32,000 bases of DNA from Candidatus Saccharimonadota bacterium (GTDB taxonomy: Bacteria; Patescibacteriota; Microgenomatia; UBA1406; GWC2-37-13): positions 1,410,001 through 1,442,000 of the forward strand of contig CP065004.1 in the NCBI GenBank assembly GCA_016700135.1, given 5' to 3'. Position 1 is the stretch's first letter. Each line of letters begins with the position of its first letter. The position numbers and the translations under genes were made by a program. The notes under the pieces are model-generated. The model saw nothing but the letters and a program-made list of their open reading frames with translations. It was not told the DNA's origin and did not search any database. Positions 23,675 through 31,271 of the stretch are shown piece by piece.

Positions 23675-26600
23675 GTGACCACTATGGCAACCGACTCGGT
23701 AAAACTGAATACATCGCAACAGCAGGCTGTCGAATACCACAAAGGACCGCTTCTTATTGTGGCCGGAGCCGGTACCGGCAAAACGACTACACTCGTCGAA
23801 AAAATCAAGTATCTCATCAAGAATGACCATGCAAAGCCTGAGGAAATTCTTTGCCTGACTTTCACCGACAAAGCGGCCTATGAAATGGAAGAACGTGTAG
23901 ACCGTGCCATGCCGTACGGATATTTTCAGATGTGGATCTCGACATTTCACAAGTTTGCAGACGAAATCCTGCGCGACGATATTTATCATCTCGGACTTAA
24001 TCCAGGTTATGATCTGATGACTCAGGCACAGTCAATCCTCTTTCTCAAAAAAAATCTCTTTCACCTCAATCTCAAATACTACCGTCCTGTCAGCAATCCC
24101 ACAAAATTTGTCGAAGGGCTGCTGCAGCATTTCTCCAGGCTTCATGATGAAGATATTTCTCCTGAGGAGTATAGTAAGTGGGTAAAAAAACTTTCGAAAT
24201 ATTCTCATTCCGTCCGCCGGCTGGCGGATGATCCGGAATCCAGGAACAAAAAAACTGGATCCCTGGTCATGCCTGGGATGACAACGGAACAAAATATAAG
24301 CACTGAAGAAATCCAGCAATACCAGGAACTTTCCGATGCATACGCTACCTATCAAAAGCTCAAAATCGAACATGACGTCATGGATTTTGACGATCTTATT
24401 TATTATCTGATCAAACTTTTCCGGGAAAGACCGAATGTTTTAAAGCAGTATCAAAACAAATTTAAGTATGTATTGGTTGACGAATTCCAGGATACGAATA
24501 TCGCACAGTACGAACTCATAAAGCTCCTCTGTCCCATAAAAACCAATCCGAATTTGACCGTCGTCGGAGATGATTCTCAGGCAATCTATAAATTCCGCGG
24601 AGCATCTGTCTCCAACATTATGACCTTCATGGAGGACTATCCGCAGGCAAAGCAGATAAGTCTTGTAGATAATTACCGATCCAATCAAACCATACTTGAT
24701 CATGCCTATAATCTCATCCAAAACAATAATCCCGATACCCTTGAAAGTAAATTGGGTATCTCAAAAGAGCTGGTCGGACATAAAAAAAATATAAAAGAAG
24801 CCGTACAGTTTGAGTTGTTTGCACACGGTGATCAGGAAGCGGATTGGATTGCAGAGTGTATCGCCGGTTACTTGCAGGATAAAACCTATACCTTCCAGGA
24901 TTTTGCAATTTTGGTAAGAGCGAACAATCACAGCGATCCGATCATCAATGCCTTGAAGCGTGAAGGTATTCCCTTTCAGTTTTTAGGGCCGGGAACGTTA
25001 TTTAAGCAACCTGAGGTCAAAGATCTGATCGCTTATCTGCAAGTTCTCGCTGATCTGAATGATACAGTTTCACTATACCGCGTTCTTTCCATGGATCATT
25101 TCGGAATTGATGAACAGGACCTGGTTCTCTATCTCTCCTTTGCGAAAAAAATTTCCCTTTCTCTTTTCCAGTCACTTGAAGTGGCACTTTCCTTTTTCCA
25201 TGAAGATTGGTGGAGAGAGGAGTTTGAAGTTTATCGCGAACATTTACCGCTCGTAAAAGAAGAAACAAAAGAGAAACTAATCCAGATAATCTCCATGATA
25301 AAAAAGCATCTCACCCGACTCCGCAAGGATTCAGCCGGTGAGATCGTGTTCCAGTTCCTGGAAGATACCGAATACCTCAAGAAACTCAGCAATCCTGAAA
25401 ATGAGTATGATCAGCGAAGAACATTGAACATAACGAAGTTTTTCCAGAAACTAAAAAGTATGGAGAATGAAATTGAAGACAGTTCGGTTTTTGCCGCAGT
25501 CGAGTATATCAATATGAGTCTGGAGATGGGTGAATCTCCTTTGGCATCCGAGTCTGATGCGGTTCAGACGAATGCTGTAAATATTCTCACGGTGCACGGT
25601 GCAAAAGGTTTGGAGTTTCCTGTCGTTTTTCTCCCGAATCTTATAAACGGCCGTTTTCCTACCCGCCGCAGACGGGAACAGATTCCGATACCTGATGCTC
25701 TGATAAAGGAGACAATGCCGAGCGGAGATTATCATATTCAGGAAGAAAGGCGGCTGTTTTATGTGGGGATCACCCGTGCAAAAGACAGGCTCTTTTTGTC
25801 CGCTTCTGAAATATACGGTGAAGGAGTACGGAAACAACGCATATCGCCGTTTGTAGCCGAAACAATCGGTGCCGAAAAAGTCACCGGCAAATCCGCAAAG
25901 CAATCCGAACAAAAAGAACAGCTATCCATTTTTGATTTTAAGAAAAAGGAAGAAGATCCTCCGATACCAATCCCGACCGAGGTTAAAAATCTTTCATACA
26001 GCCAGATCAGTACCTATGAACTCTGTCCCCTGAAATACAAATATCAGTACGTACTGAAAATCCCGACAGGACCCCACGGTGCGGCTTCATTCGGAAGCTC
26101 TGTGCACAACGCTCTGCAGAAGTTCTATCAGTTGTTTACGAAAGACAATGAAGTCGGGCTCACACATCTTCTGAATCTGCTTGAATCTTCCTGGATCCCG
26201 GTCGGCTATACCTCCCGGGAGGAACAGACGAAACAAAAAGAAGAAGCACGTCAGATGCTCGAAAACTATTTTCATTCTTTTCATACTCCTGAGATTGCAG
26301 TCAAAGATCTGGAGAAACTCTTCAAAATCAAAGTAGGAAGTGATGTATGTCTTACCGGAAAAATTGATCGGGTGGATGAAAAGGCTGACGGAGCGATCGA
26401 GATCATCGACTACAAAACCGGCAACATGCCTGATGAAAAGAAACTCAGGAAAGATATGCAGCTTGCCATATATGCAATGGCTGCAAATGACTACGGATTG
26501 TATCGCAAACCGATTGAAAAAATTAACCTTTCCTTCTACTATCTCGCCCATCGTGAAAAGGTAACGGTTACAAGAAACGAAGAAGATATTCACGATGTGA

Positions 26601-26713
26601 AGCTGAAAGTCAGAGAGATTGCTGATAAAATCCGCATGGGAGAGTTCCCGGCACGTACCGGTCCGTGGTGTGCACGGTGTGATTTCAGAATGATCTGCGA
26701 AGCCTGGCAGTGA
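23675..26713 (+). CDS. UvrD/PcrA-type superfamily-1 helicase fused to a C-terminal PD-(D/E)XK nuclease with a 4-Cys (Cas4/AddB-like) cluster
   Basis: 1012 aa. Helicase motifs: AGAGTGKTTT (I), VDEFQDTN (II), VVGDDSQAIYKFRGA (III), NYRSN (IV), LTVHGAKGLEFPVVFL (V), RRLFYVGITRAKDRLFL (VI). Nuclease: ...YELCPLKYKY..., GKIDRVD...IEIIDYKTG, QLAIYAMAA, CARCDFRMIC. The ORF-track start at 23675 is GTG; the ATG at 23684 (MATDS...) is an alternative. Confidence 0.9.
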   Translation: MTTMATDSVKLNTSQQQAVEYHKGPLLIVAGAGTGKTTTLVEKIKYLIKNDHAKPEEILCLTFTDKAAYEMEERVDRAMPYGYFQMWISTFHKFADEILRDDIYHLGLNPGYDLMTQAQSILFLKKNLFHLNLKYYRPVSNPTKFVEGLLQHFSRLHDEDISPEEYSKWVKKLSKYSHSVRRLADDPESRNKKTGSLVMPGMTTEQNISTEEIQQYQELSDAYATYQKLKIEHDVMDFDDLIYYLIKLFRERPNVLKQYQNKFKYVLVDEFQDTNIAQYELIKLLCPIKTNPNLTVVGDDSQAIYKFRGASVSNIMTFMEDYPQAKQISLVDNYRSNQTILDHAYNLIQNNNPDTLESKLGISKELVGHKKNIKEAVQFELFAHGDQEADWIAECIAGYLQDKTYTFQDFAILVRANNHSDPIINALKREGIPFQFLGPGTLFKQPEVKDLIAYLQVLADLNDTVSLYRVLSMDHFGIDEQDLVLYLSFAKKISLSLFQSLEVALSFFHEDWWREEFEVYREHLPLVKEETKEKLIQIISMIKKHLTRLRKDSAGEIVFQFLEDTEYLKKLSNPENEYDQRRTLNITKFFQKLKSMENEIEDSSVFAAVEYINMSLEMGESPLASESDAVQTNAVNILTVHGAKGLEFPVVFLPNLINGRFPTRRRREQIPIPDALIKETMPSGDYHIQEERRLFYVGITRAKDRLFLSASEIYGEGVRKQRISPFVAETIGAEKVTGKSAKQSEQKEQLSIFDFKKKEEDPPIPIPTEVKNLSYSQISTYELCPLKYKYQYVLKIPTGPHGAASFGSSVHNALQKFYQLFTKDNEVGLTHLLNLLESSWIPVGYTSREEQTKQKEEARQMLENYFHSFHTPEIAVKDLEKLFKIKVGSDVCLTGKIDRVDEKADGAIEIIDYKTGNMPDEKKLRKDMQLAIYAMAANDYGLYRKPIEKINLSFYYLAHREKVTVTRNEEDIHDVKLKVREIADKIRMGEFPARTGPWCARCDFRMICEAWQ
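24207..24243 (+). repeat. Nested hairpin repeat variant Y, copy Y2, inside the helicase ORF
   Basis: ATTCCG-TCCGCC-ggct-GGCGGA-tgat-CCGGAAT-CCAG. Bases 24210-24229 are identical to the reverse complement of 3884-3903. The 3' part ATGATCCGGAATCCAG resembles the 3' half of repeat X. Confidence 0.75.
24255..24282 (-). repeat. Hairpin repeat X, copy X6, inside the helicase ORF
   Basis: Plus strand CTGGATCCCTGGTCATGCCTGGGATGAC is the reverse complement of GTCATCCCAGGCATGACCAGGGATCCAG. One stem mismatch; loop CATGA instead of CTTGA. Confidence 0.8.
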
Positions 26714-26748
26714 AAGTAATAATGAGTGTTACGCAAACGTACTTCGTT

Positions 26749-26776
26749 GTCATCCCGGACTTGATCCGGGATCCAG
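26749..26776 (+). repeat. Hairpin repeat X, copy X2
   Basis: GTCATCCCGGACTTGATCCGGGATCCAG, 36 nt after the helicase stop. Identical to X1. Followed by a half copy, ATCCTGAACTTTGA (26781-26794). Confidence 0.85.
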
Positions 26777-26791
26777 TGTAATCCTGAACTT

Positions 26792-26815
26792 TGAGCCAAA
26801 GGCTCATCGTTTTTT
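26792..26815 (+). terminator. Weak intrinsic terminator candidate after the helicase gene
   Basis: TGAGCC-aaa-GGCTCA followed by TCGTTTTTT. The stem is only 6 bp. Confidence 0.4.
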
Positions 26816-26824
26816 GGACGGGTT

Positions 26825-27544
26825 TCAGGATCTTCTATACCTCAACACTACTTCATCATCCAGTTTCTCGACATTCAGAAGTTCAAACTGAGGCACTGCA
26901 TCGGAAGGGAACAAAATTCCTTCAGTCATCGTGAGAGTTTTTCCCGGTAGCGATCCGAAGATCTTCGGTGCAATTGTGAGATGGACTTCGTCGAGTACAT
27001 TCTCTTGAAGTAACTGCGCGATCAGTGTCGGGCCGCCGTCAATGAATACGTTTTGATGACCTTTTGAGTTGAGATAACGGATAAGATCTGCAATCTGTAC
27101 ATGCCCTGCGCCTTCTGTGACCTTTTCAACATTAAATGCCTGACTTACTTCACCGGTAATTTCTGTAGATGAATTCGTCAAAATCGTCGGTTTATATCCG
27201 TGATCGTTTGCAAGTTTCGATGCCAACTCTTCATCAGGGGAGGTTGTCAGAATGATAAACTCAGGAACACCTTCTTTGCCGATCTCTTTCCTGAATCCCT
27301 GATACATCTCATCATTGATCGTACGGATCGTGTATTTTCCGAATTGCATCGCGGTATTTTTTGCATCCACGATCGCATCGGCATGAGCTCTCAGATAGGT
27401 AAAATATTCGTAATCCTTTTTTGATCCGATCGGCCAGTATCCTTTCTCTTTTACGATAATCTTCCCGTCGATACTCGATACAAAACTGGTGAACATATAC
27501 GGCCGGTTTGCGGGTTTTTGAAAATCAAATGGTTGACGTGTCAT
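26825..27544 (-). CDS. RibD C-terminal-domain / dihydrofolate-reductase-like reductase
   Basis: The ORF track extends to 27616 through hairpin copy X4. I use the Met at 27542-27544 (MTRQPFDFQK...). Contains ...FVSSIDGKIIVKE... and ...VFIDGGPTLIAQLLQENVLDEVHLTIAPKIFG..., typical of RibD_C-family reductases. Confidence 0.8.
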   Translation of the reverse strand: MTRQPFDFQKPANRPYMFTSFVSSIDGKIIVKEKGYWPIGSKKDYEYFTYLRAHADAIVDAKNTAMQFGKYTIRTINDEMYQGFRKEIGKEGVPEFIILTTSPDEELASKLANDHGYKPTILTNSSTEITGEVSQAFNVEKVTEGAGHVQIADLIRYLNSKGHQNVFIDGGPTLIAQLLQENVLDEVHLTIAPKIFGSLPGKTLTMTEGILFPSDAVPQFELLNVEKLDDEVVLRYRRS

Positions 27545-27555
27545 GTTGTTTTTTA

Positions 27556-27583
27556 CTGGTTCCCAGGTCAAGCCTGGGATAAC
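27556..27583 (-). repeat. Hairpin repeat X, copy X4 (slightly degenerate)
   Basis: Plus strand CTGGTTCCCAGGTCAAGCCTGGGATAAC is the reverse complement of GTTATCCCAGGCTTGACCTGGGAACCAG. Confidence 0.8.
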
Positions 27584-27611
27584 AGACAAGTAAATTAAAT
27601 ATATTATAACT

Positions 27612-27639
27612 GTCATCCTGAACTTGATTCAGGATCCAG
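27612..27639 (+). repeat. Hairpin repeat X, copy X3
   Basis: GTCATCCTGAACTTGATTCAGGATCCAG (stem ATCCTGAA/TTCAGGAT), 2 nt from the stop codon of the GIY-YIG gene. Confidence 0.85.
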
Positions 27640-27641
27640 TT

Positions 27642-27932
27642 TTATTTTATCATTTCTTTATAAAGATCATTCCATTGCGGATTTTTCGACTCGATTAGCT
27701 CTAATTTCCAGGCTCTTTTCCAAGCTTTTAACTGTTTTTCACGCCTTAAAGCTCGATTTACATCATTAAATACTTCATAATAAACGAGAATATGTACGTT
27801 ATACTGAGCAGTAAATCCTTTCACTATTTTATTTCTATGTTCCCAAGTACGTTTAATCAGATCAGAAGTAACTCCAATATAAAGTGTTCCGTTGCGTTGA
27901 CTTGCCAATATGTATACAAAATATGTTCCCAT
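27642..27932 (-). CDS. Small stand-alone GIY-YIG nuclease-domain protein (COG2827/UPF0213-like)
   Basis: The ORF track extends to 27974 through hairpin copy X5. I use the Met at 27930-27932: MGTYFVYILASQRNGTLYIGVTSDLIKRTWEHRN...REKQLKAWKRAWKLELIE. It has GIY (YFVYIL), YIG (LYIGVT), R..EH and E..LK motifs. Confidence 0.85.
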   Translation of the reverse strand: MGTYFVYILASQRNGTLYIGVTSDLIKRTWEHRNKIVKGFTAQYNVHILVYYEVFNDVNRALRREKQLKAWKRAWKLELIESKNPQWNDLYKEMIK

Positions 27933-27939
27933 TATTGTG

Positions 27940-27967
27940 CTGGATCCCAGGTCAAGCCTGGGATGAC
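27940..27967 (-). repeat. Hairpin repeat X, copy X5
   Basis: Plus strand CTGGATCCCAGGTCAAGCCTGGGATGAC is the reverse complement of GTCATCCCAGGCTTGACCTGGGATCCAG (stem ATCCCAGG/CCTGGGAT), 7 nt upstream of the GIY-YIG ATG. Confidence 0.85.
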
Positions 27968-28016
27968 AATGCACCTGTAAAGAATTTCAAGCGGATTATA
28001 AACATTAACTTCTCCC

Positions 28017-28691
28017 TTAGTTCACAATCACCTTCGATTTTTTTGCATCCTTTTTCAGCCAGTTCACACCGATATAGACAAGAGGTGTCTCAATGACGGA
28101 CATCGAACATTTAAGAAGCCAGTACGGCAGAATCAAACTGAACAAGAAGGAAACATTCTCATCAAATCCGCGATCCAGAGAATAAAATGCCAAGGTCATA
28201 AAGAGCGCAGTATCAATAAACTGTGCAATAAAGTTCGAAGCATTGTTCCTCAGCCATAACTTACTTTTTCCCATTCTCTTTCTGATTTTGCTGAAAATCG
28301 CAATATCCAGAAAGTCGGCAACTGCAAACGCAGTCAGACTTGCGATGGTAATACGTAATGATTTTCCGAAAACAGAATCATAGGCCGCTTCACTCTCCGC
28401 AAATCTGCCGGAAGGGGGAAGAGAGATCGAAAGAACGATAAAGAGCATCAACAGAACGATCATCGTGAGACCCGTTCGGACAATACTCCGTGCGCGCTCC
28501 GCTCCGTATACTTCAATAACAACGTCATTGATGGTAAACAACAACGGAAGAAGGAATATTGCAACACTGGCATTCAAAGTATACGTCCCGAAAGTCACAA
28601 GAGGAAATGTTTTGGCACCCATCAGTTCCGAAACGATAATCCCGAAAATGTATACTCCAACCAGAAGATCCATTTTTTGAATGTTGAACAT
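28017..28691 (-). CDS. yhhQ: VUT-family membrane transporter (YhhQ/COG1738-like, queuosine-precursor transporter family)
   Basis: 224 aa, multi-TM. ...LPLLFTINDVVIEVYGAERARSIV... and ...RITIASLTAFAVADFLDIAIFSKIRKRMGKSKLWLRNNASNFIAQFIDTALFMTLAF... parallel the conserved YhhQ blocks. Confidence 0.75.
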   Translation of the reverse strand: MFNIQKMDLLVGVYIFGIIVSELMGAKTFPLVTFGTYTLNASVAIFLLPLLFTINDVVIEVYGAERARSIVRTGLTMIVLLMLFIVLSISLPPSGRFAESEAAYDSVFGKSLRITIASLTAFAVADFLDIAIFSKIRKRMGKSKLWLRNNASNFIAQFIDTALFMTLAFYSLDRGFDENVSFLFSLILPYWLLKCSMSVIETPLVYIGVNWLKKDAKKSKVIVN

Positions 28692-28712
28692 AAAAGCGAT
28701 TATATCACGAAG

Positions 28713-30095
28713 TCATACAGTCTTCTGTATGTTTTCTTCATTTTGTTCAATAAGCGTGTGAATTTGCCGATACAGTTCCGCTATCAAATAGAGTGAACCC
28801 GTAATGACCAACATGGTATTTGGTTTTTTTCGTGCCTGATGAAATGCATCAATCACAGGAACTATTTTCTGAATGTTTCCGACATGATATTTTCTTGAAA
28901 GCATAAGTTCGATATTTTCCGCAGGCTCCCCTTCCATCGGCAGGACTTGCTCACTGAAATCAAATCTCGTCACATACACAGTGTCTATGATAGGAATAAT
29001 GTATTTCAACATTGAAAGGTAGTCTTTGCCGTGTTTGAACGCAATCAGAAAATCGAATTTAGTGTTGGGGTGTTTCTTTTTCAGACTGCGGATAAATGCG
29101 GACATTTTCTGGGGATTATGCGCTCCGTCAATAATAATTCTTTTCCCCTCAATGACTACCTCATCGAATCGACCCGGTGTACGAACCGAATTGAGGACTT
29201 CACGAACAATCCGCTCATCAAGTGCAAATCCGTCACGTACTGAAGTCTCATGTACGGCAGATAACGCCAGGCTTGCATTCTCTACCTGAAATAATCCGTT
29301 TAGTGAAAGAACAATGTTCTTCCAGTGAACGGTCTTATAGTGATAATCAAACATAAGTTGGCCGTTCTTGGTCTTAATGTTTCTGAATGTCTCCCCGGGT
29401 ATCACCGTACTGAACTGTGCATCCATATTTCGTACCCGCTCTTCCACAACTTTCTGTGCTGTCGGCCGCTGTTTGATACTCACGGCAATATTTCCTTTAT
29501 GAATAATATCTGCTTTCTGACCTGCAATCGCTTTCAGTGTTTTCCCCAGAATATCAATATGATCCAGACCGATTTTACTGATGACTGCGATCTTGTTTTT
29601 ACTGTTTGCAACATTGGTGGCATCAACACGACCGCCAGCCCCGGTTTCCATGACTGCATAATCCGCTCCTTCTTTGAAAAAAATATAGTAAGCAAGCACA
29701 ATCATAATTTCAAAAAATGAAGGATTCCCGTACTCAGTATCTGCCATTTGATGTATGGCCGGAATCATTTCATTTATGTACTGAAGGAATGTCTTTTCGG
29801 GAAGTAACTGCTGGTTGATCGATGCACGCTCACGGATATCATACAGATGAGGAGAAATACTGACGCCTACTTTCATCCCGTGTCCCTGTAGCAAACGGCT
29901 GATGATGGCGACAGTTGAACCCTTTCCTGAAGTGCCAGCAACATGGATGACTCTAATCTTGTTTTGAGGATCACCCATAAGTTTTGCCAGCTGAACGACT
30001 CTCTGAAAACTGAAGTCAGCCGACTTCTGCTCAGAGTTTGACTTTCTGAAAGAAAAAAGATAATCCTGTGCTTTCGTGAGTGAGGTAAACTTCAT
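28713..30095 (-). CDS. folC: Folylpolyglutamate synthase / dihydrofolate synthase (Mur-ligase family)
   Basis: 460 aa. P-loop HVAGTSGKGST, ...ETGAGGRVDATNV..., ...IIDGAHNPQK... The FolC-type N-terminus lacks the Mur-specific domain 1. Confidence 0.8.
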   Translation of the reverse strand: MKFTSLTKAQDYLFSFRKSNSEQKSADFSFQRVVQLAKLMGDPQNKIRVIHVAGTSGKGSTVAIISRLLQGHGMKVGVSISPHLYDIRERASINQQLLPEKTFLQYINEMIPAIHQMADTEYGNPSFFEIMIVLAYYIFFKEGADYAVMETGAGGRVDATNVANSKNKIAVISKIGLDHIDILGKTLKAIAGQKADIIHKGNIAVSIKQRPTAQKVVEERVRNMDAQFSTVIPGETFRNIKTKNGQLMFDYHYKTVHWKNIVLSLNGLFQVENASLALSAVHETSVRDGFALDERIVREVLNSVRTPGRFDEVVIEGKRIIIDGAHNPQKMSAFIRSLKKKHPNTKFDFLIAFKHGKDYLSMLKYIIPIIDTVYVTRFDFSEQVLPMEGEPAENIELMLSRKYHVGNIQKIVPVIDAFHQARKKPNTMLVITGSLYLIAELYRQIHTLIEQNEENIQKTV

Positions 30096-30105
30096 CGTCA
30101 GATAC

Positions 30106-31050
30106 TTAACTTACATTGCCTCTAGCTTCAATAAGATCAACAACATTTGCCCATACTTTCTTTCCGATAATTTTCTCGGACTGCGGTGATACTTCAAAAG
30201 CAATATTTACTTCTTCAAAGTAATAATTGCCTTTCACATCCCTCACAAAGTCAATACCTGCAAGATCTCCTTGCACCGCATCAAGTACGCATTTTGCATA
30301 CTGAACAAGTCGTGTATCAATACTATCATATTTTGTGATTGACCCTCCCCTGCTGAGATTTGTCAGAAAGGAATGCTGCGGTGCATTGCGATAATAGGCT
30401 TTCTCTACTATCGGCTCACCCGTCTTTGCGTCACGGGATACGATAATACGGATATCCCTATATCGGTTTTTCAGTTTCTTTTCTTTTTCTATGGTTTTTT
30501 GGATCATGATCGGTTCTTCATTGGAGAAGGAATGAAGAAGAAGTCTGAGTTCACGCTCATTGGTGACATGAAATACTCCTTCTCCGCGGCCGGAATCCGG
30601 TTTTTTGATTACACAGCTTCCGTCCTTTTGGATCATTTTCATTGCCTTCGATTCTGCAATATTTTTGTCAAAAGCGACACATGTTTCCGGGTTTATGTCC
30701 GTTTTAATATTATTCTCTCTGAAATATTTTTCTACCTGCAGGTGGGTTAGGTATTTGTCCTGTCCCATAATGATGTAGTGTAAACCGTTTAAAATGGGAA
30801 CATTTTTGTTTTGGTATTCGGTCAGGTATGTCAGATATGCCGCAAAAATCGGCTCTGACAGTGACGACAATTCCGGTCTTGCCAAAATGACATCAGGTGT
30901 TTCTCTTTTCGTCATTTTTTTGCCGTACAGCACCCGCCTCGGATCGATAATCCTGACACTGTGCCCGCGTTTTGTGGCAGTTCTGATAATACATTGTTCG
31001 ACACGTCCCACTTTGTCGTGTTTGAGAATATGGATATTCAATTTTTTCAT
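30106..31050 (-). CDS. ATP-grasp ligase, RimK-like (alpha-L-glutamate-ligase family)
   Basis: The ORF track extends to 31146. The likely start is MKKLNIHIL... (31048-31050) or MITMKK (31059). Contains ...VIKKPDSGRGEGVFHV..., ...DIRIIVSRD..., ...FLTNLSRGGS... and ...AGIDFVRDVKGNYYFEEVN..., matching RimK-type ATP-grasp blocks. Confidence 0.75.
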   Translation of the reverse strand: MKKLNIHILKHDKVGRVEQCIIRTATKRGHSVRIIDPRRVLYGKKMTKRETPDVILARPELSSLSEPIFAAYLTYLTEYQNKNVPILNGLHYIIMGQDKYLTHLQVEKYFRENNIKTDINPETCVAFDKNIAESKAMKMIQKDGSCVIKKPDSGRGEGVFHVTNERELRLLLHSFSNEEPIMIQKTIEKEKKLKNRYRDIRIIVSRDAKTGEPIVEKAYYRNAPQHSFLTNLSRGGSITKYDSIDTRLVQYAKCVLDAVQGDLAGIDFVRDVKGNYYFEEVNIAFEVSPQSEKIIGKKVWANVVDLIEARGNVS

Positions 31051-31271
31051 AGTAATCATACAATTTAAAACTGACCGATTGTCATTATATTTATTCTTAT
31101 TTTGAGCGGAGTTACCAATACTATAAGATAAATGCTGAAAAATCAAGTTGTATTATTTGAACAGTTTTGATACCCTTTATTCAGAATATTTTTTCCAAAT
31201 TATTCCAAACCCATGGTGTAACAAATCTTTCTACAACCAACCTTCATTATTGATAATTTATTTTTACTCCT

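Noticed and set aside
23669-23686. Extended -10 (TGCTACAAT, 23666-23674) implying a leaderless helicase mRNA starting at the ATG at 23684
   Set aside because: It is plausible, but it rests on a single hexamer with a poor -35. The choice between GTG 23675 and ATG 23684 cannot be resolved from sequence alone.
26191-26201. 11-mer CTGGATCCCGG inside the nuclease domain, matching the start of repeat X1
   Set aside because: There is no second hairpin arm or loop, so it may be chance. It is too short to call a repeat remnant.
26590-26799. 69-aa minus-strand ORF at the helicase 3' end
   Set aside because: It is antisense to the helicase and runs through repeat X2 (WIPDQVRDD peptide). It is a repeat-driven artefact.
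27545-27616. N-terminal extension MTVIIYLIYLSVIPGLTWEPVKNN of the reductase ORF
   Set aside because: The extension is the translation of hairpin copy X4 plus AT-rich spacer. The family-typical N-terminus starts at the internal Met (27544).
27556-27967. Possible CRISPR array, because of repeated palindromic ~28-nt units
   Set aside because: The copies lie in both orientations with irregular spacing (28 nt, 300 nt, kilobases). One interval holds a complete gene, and the stems vary between copies. This is not CRISPR architecture.
27933-27974. N-terminal extension MHCHPRLDLGSSTI of the GIY-YIG ORF
   Set aside because: It is encoded by hairpin copy X5. The GIY motif begins right after the internal Met at 27932.
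31051-31271. Riboswitch (ZTP, THF or glycine) upstream of glyA
   Set aside because: The 220-nt divergent spacer is AT-rich. I could see none of the conserved GC-rich cores that I associate with these riboswitches. A covariance-model scan would be needed to be certain.
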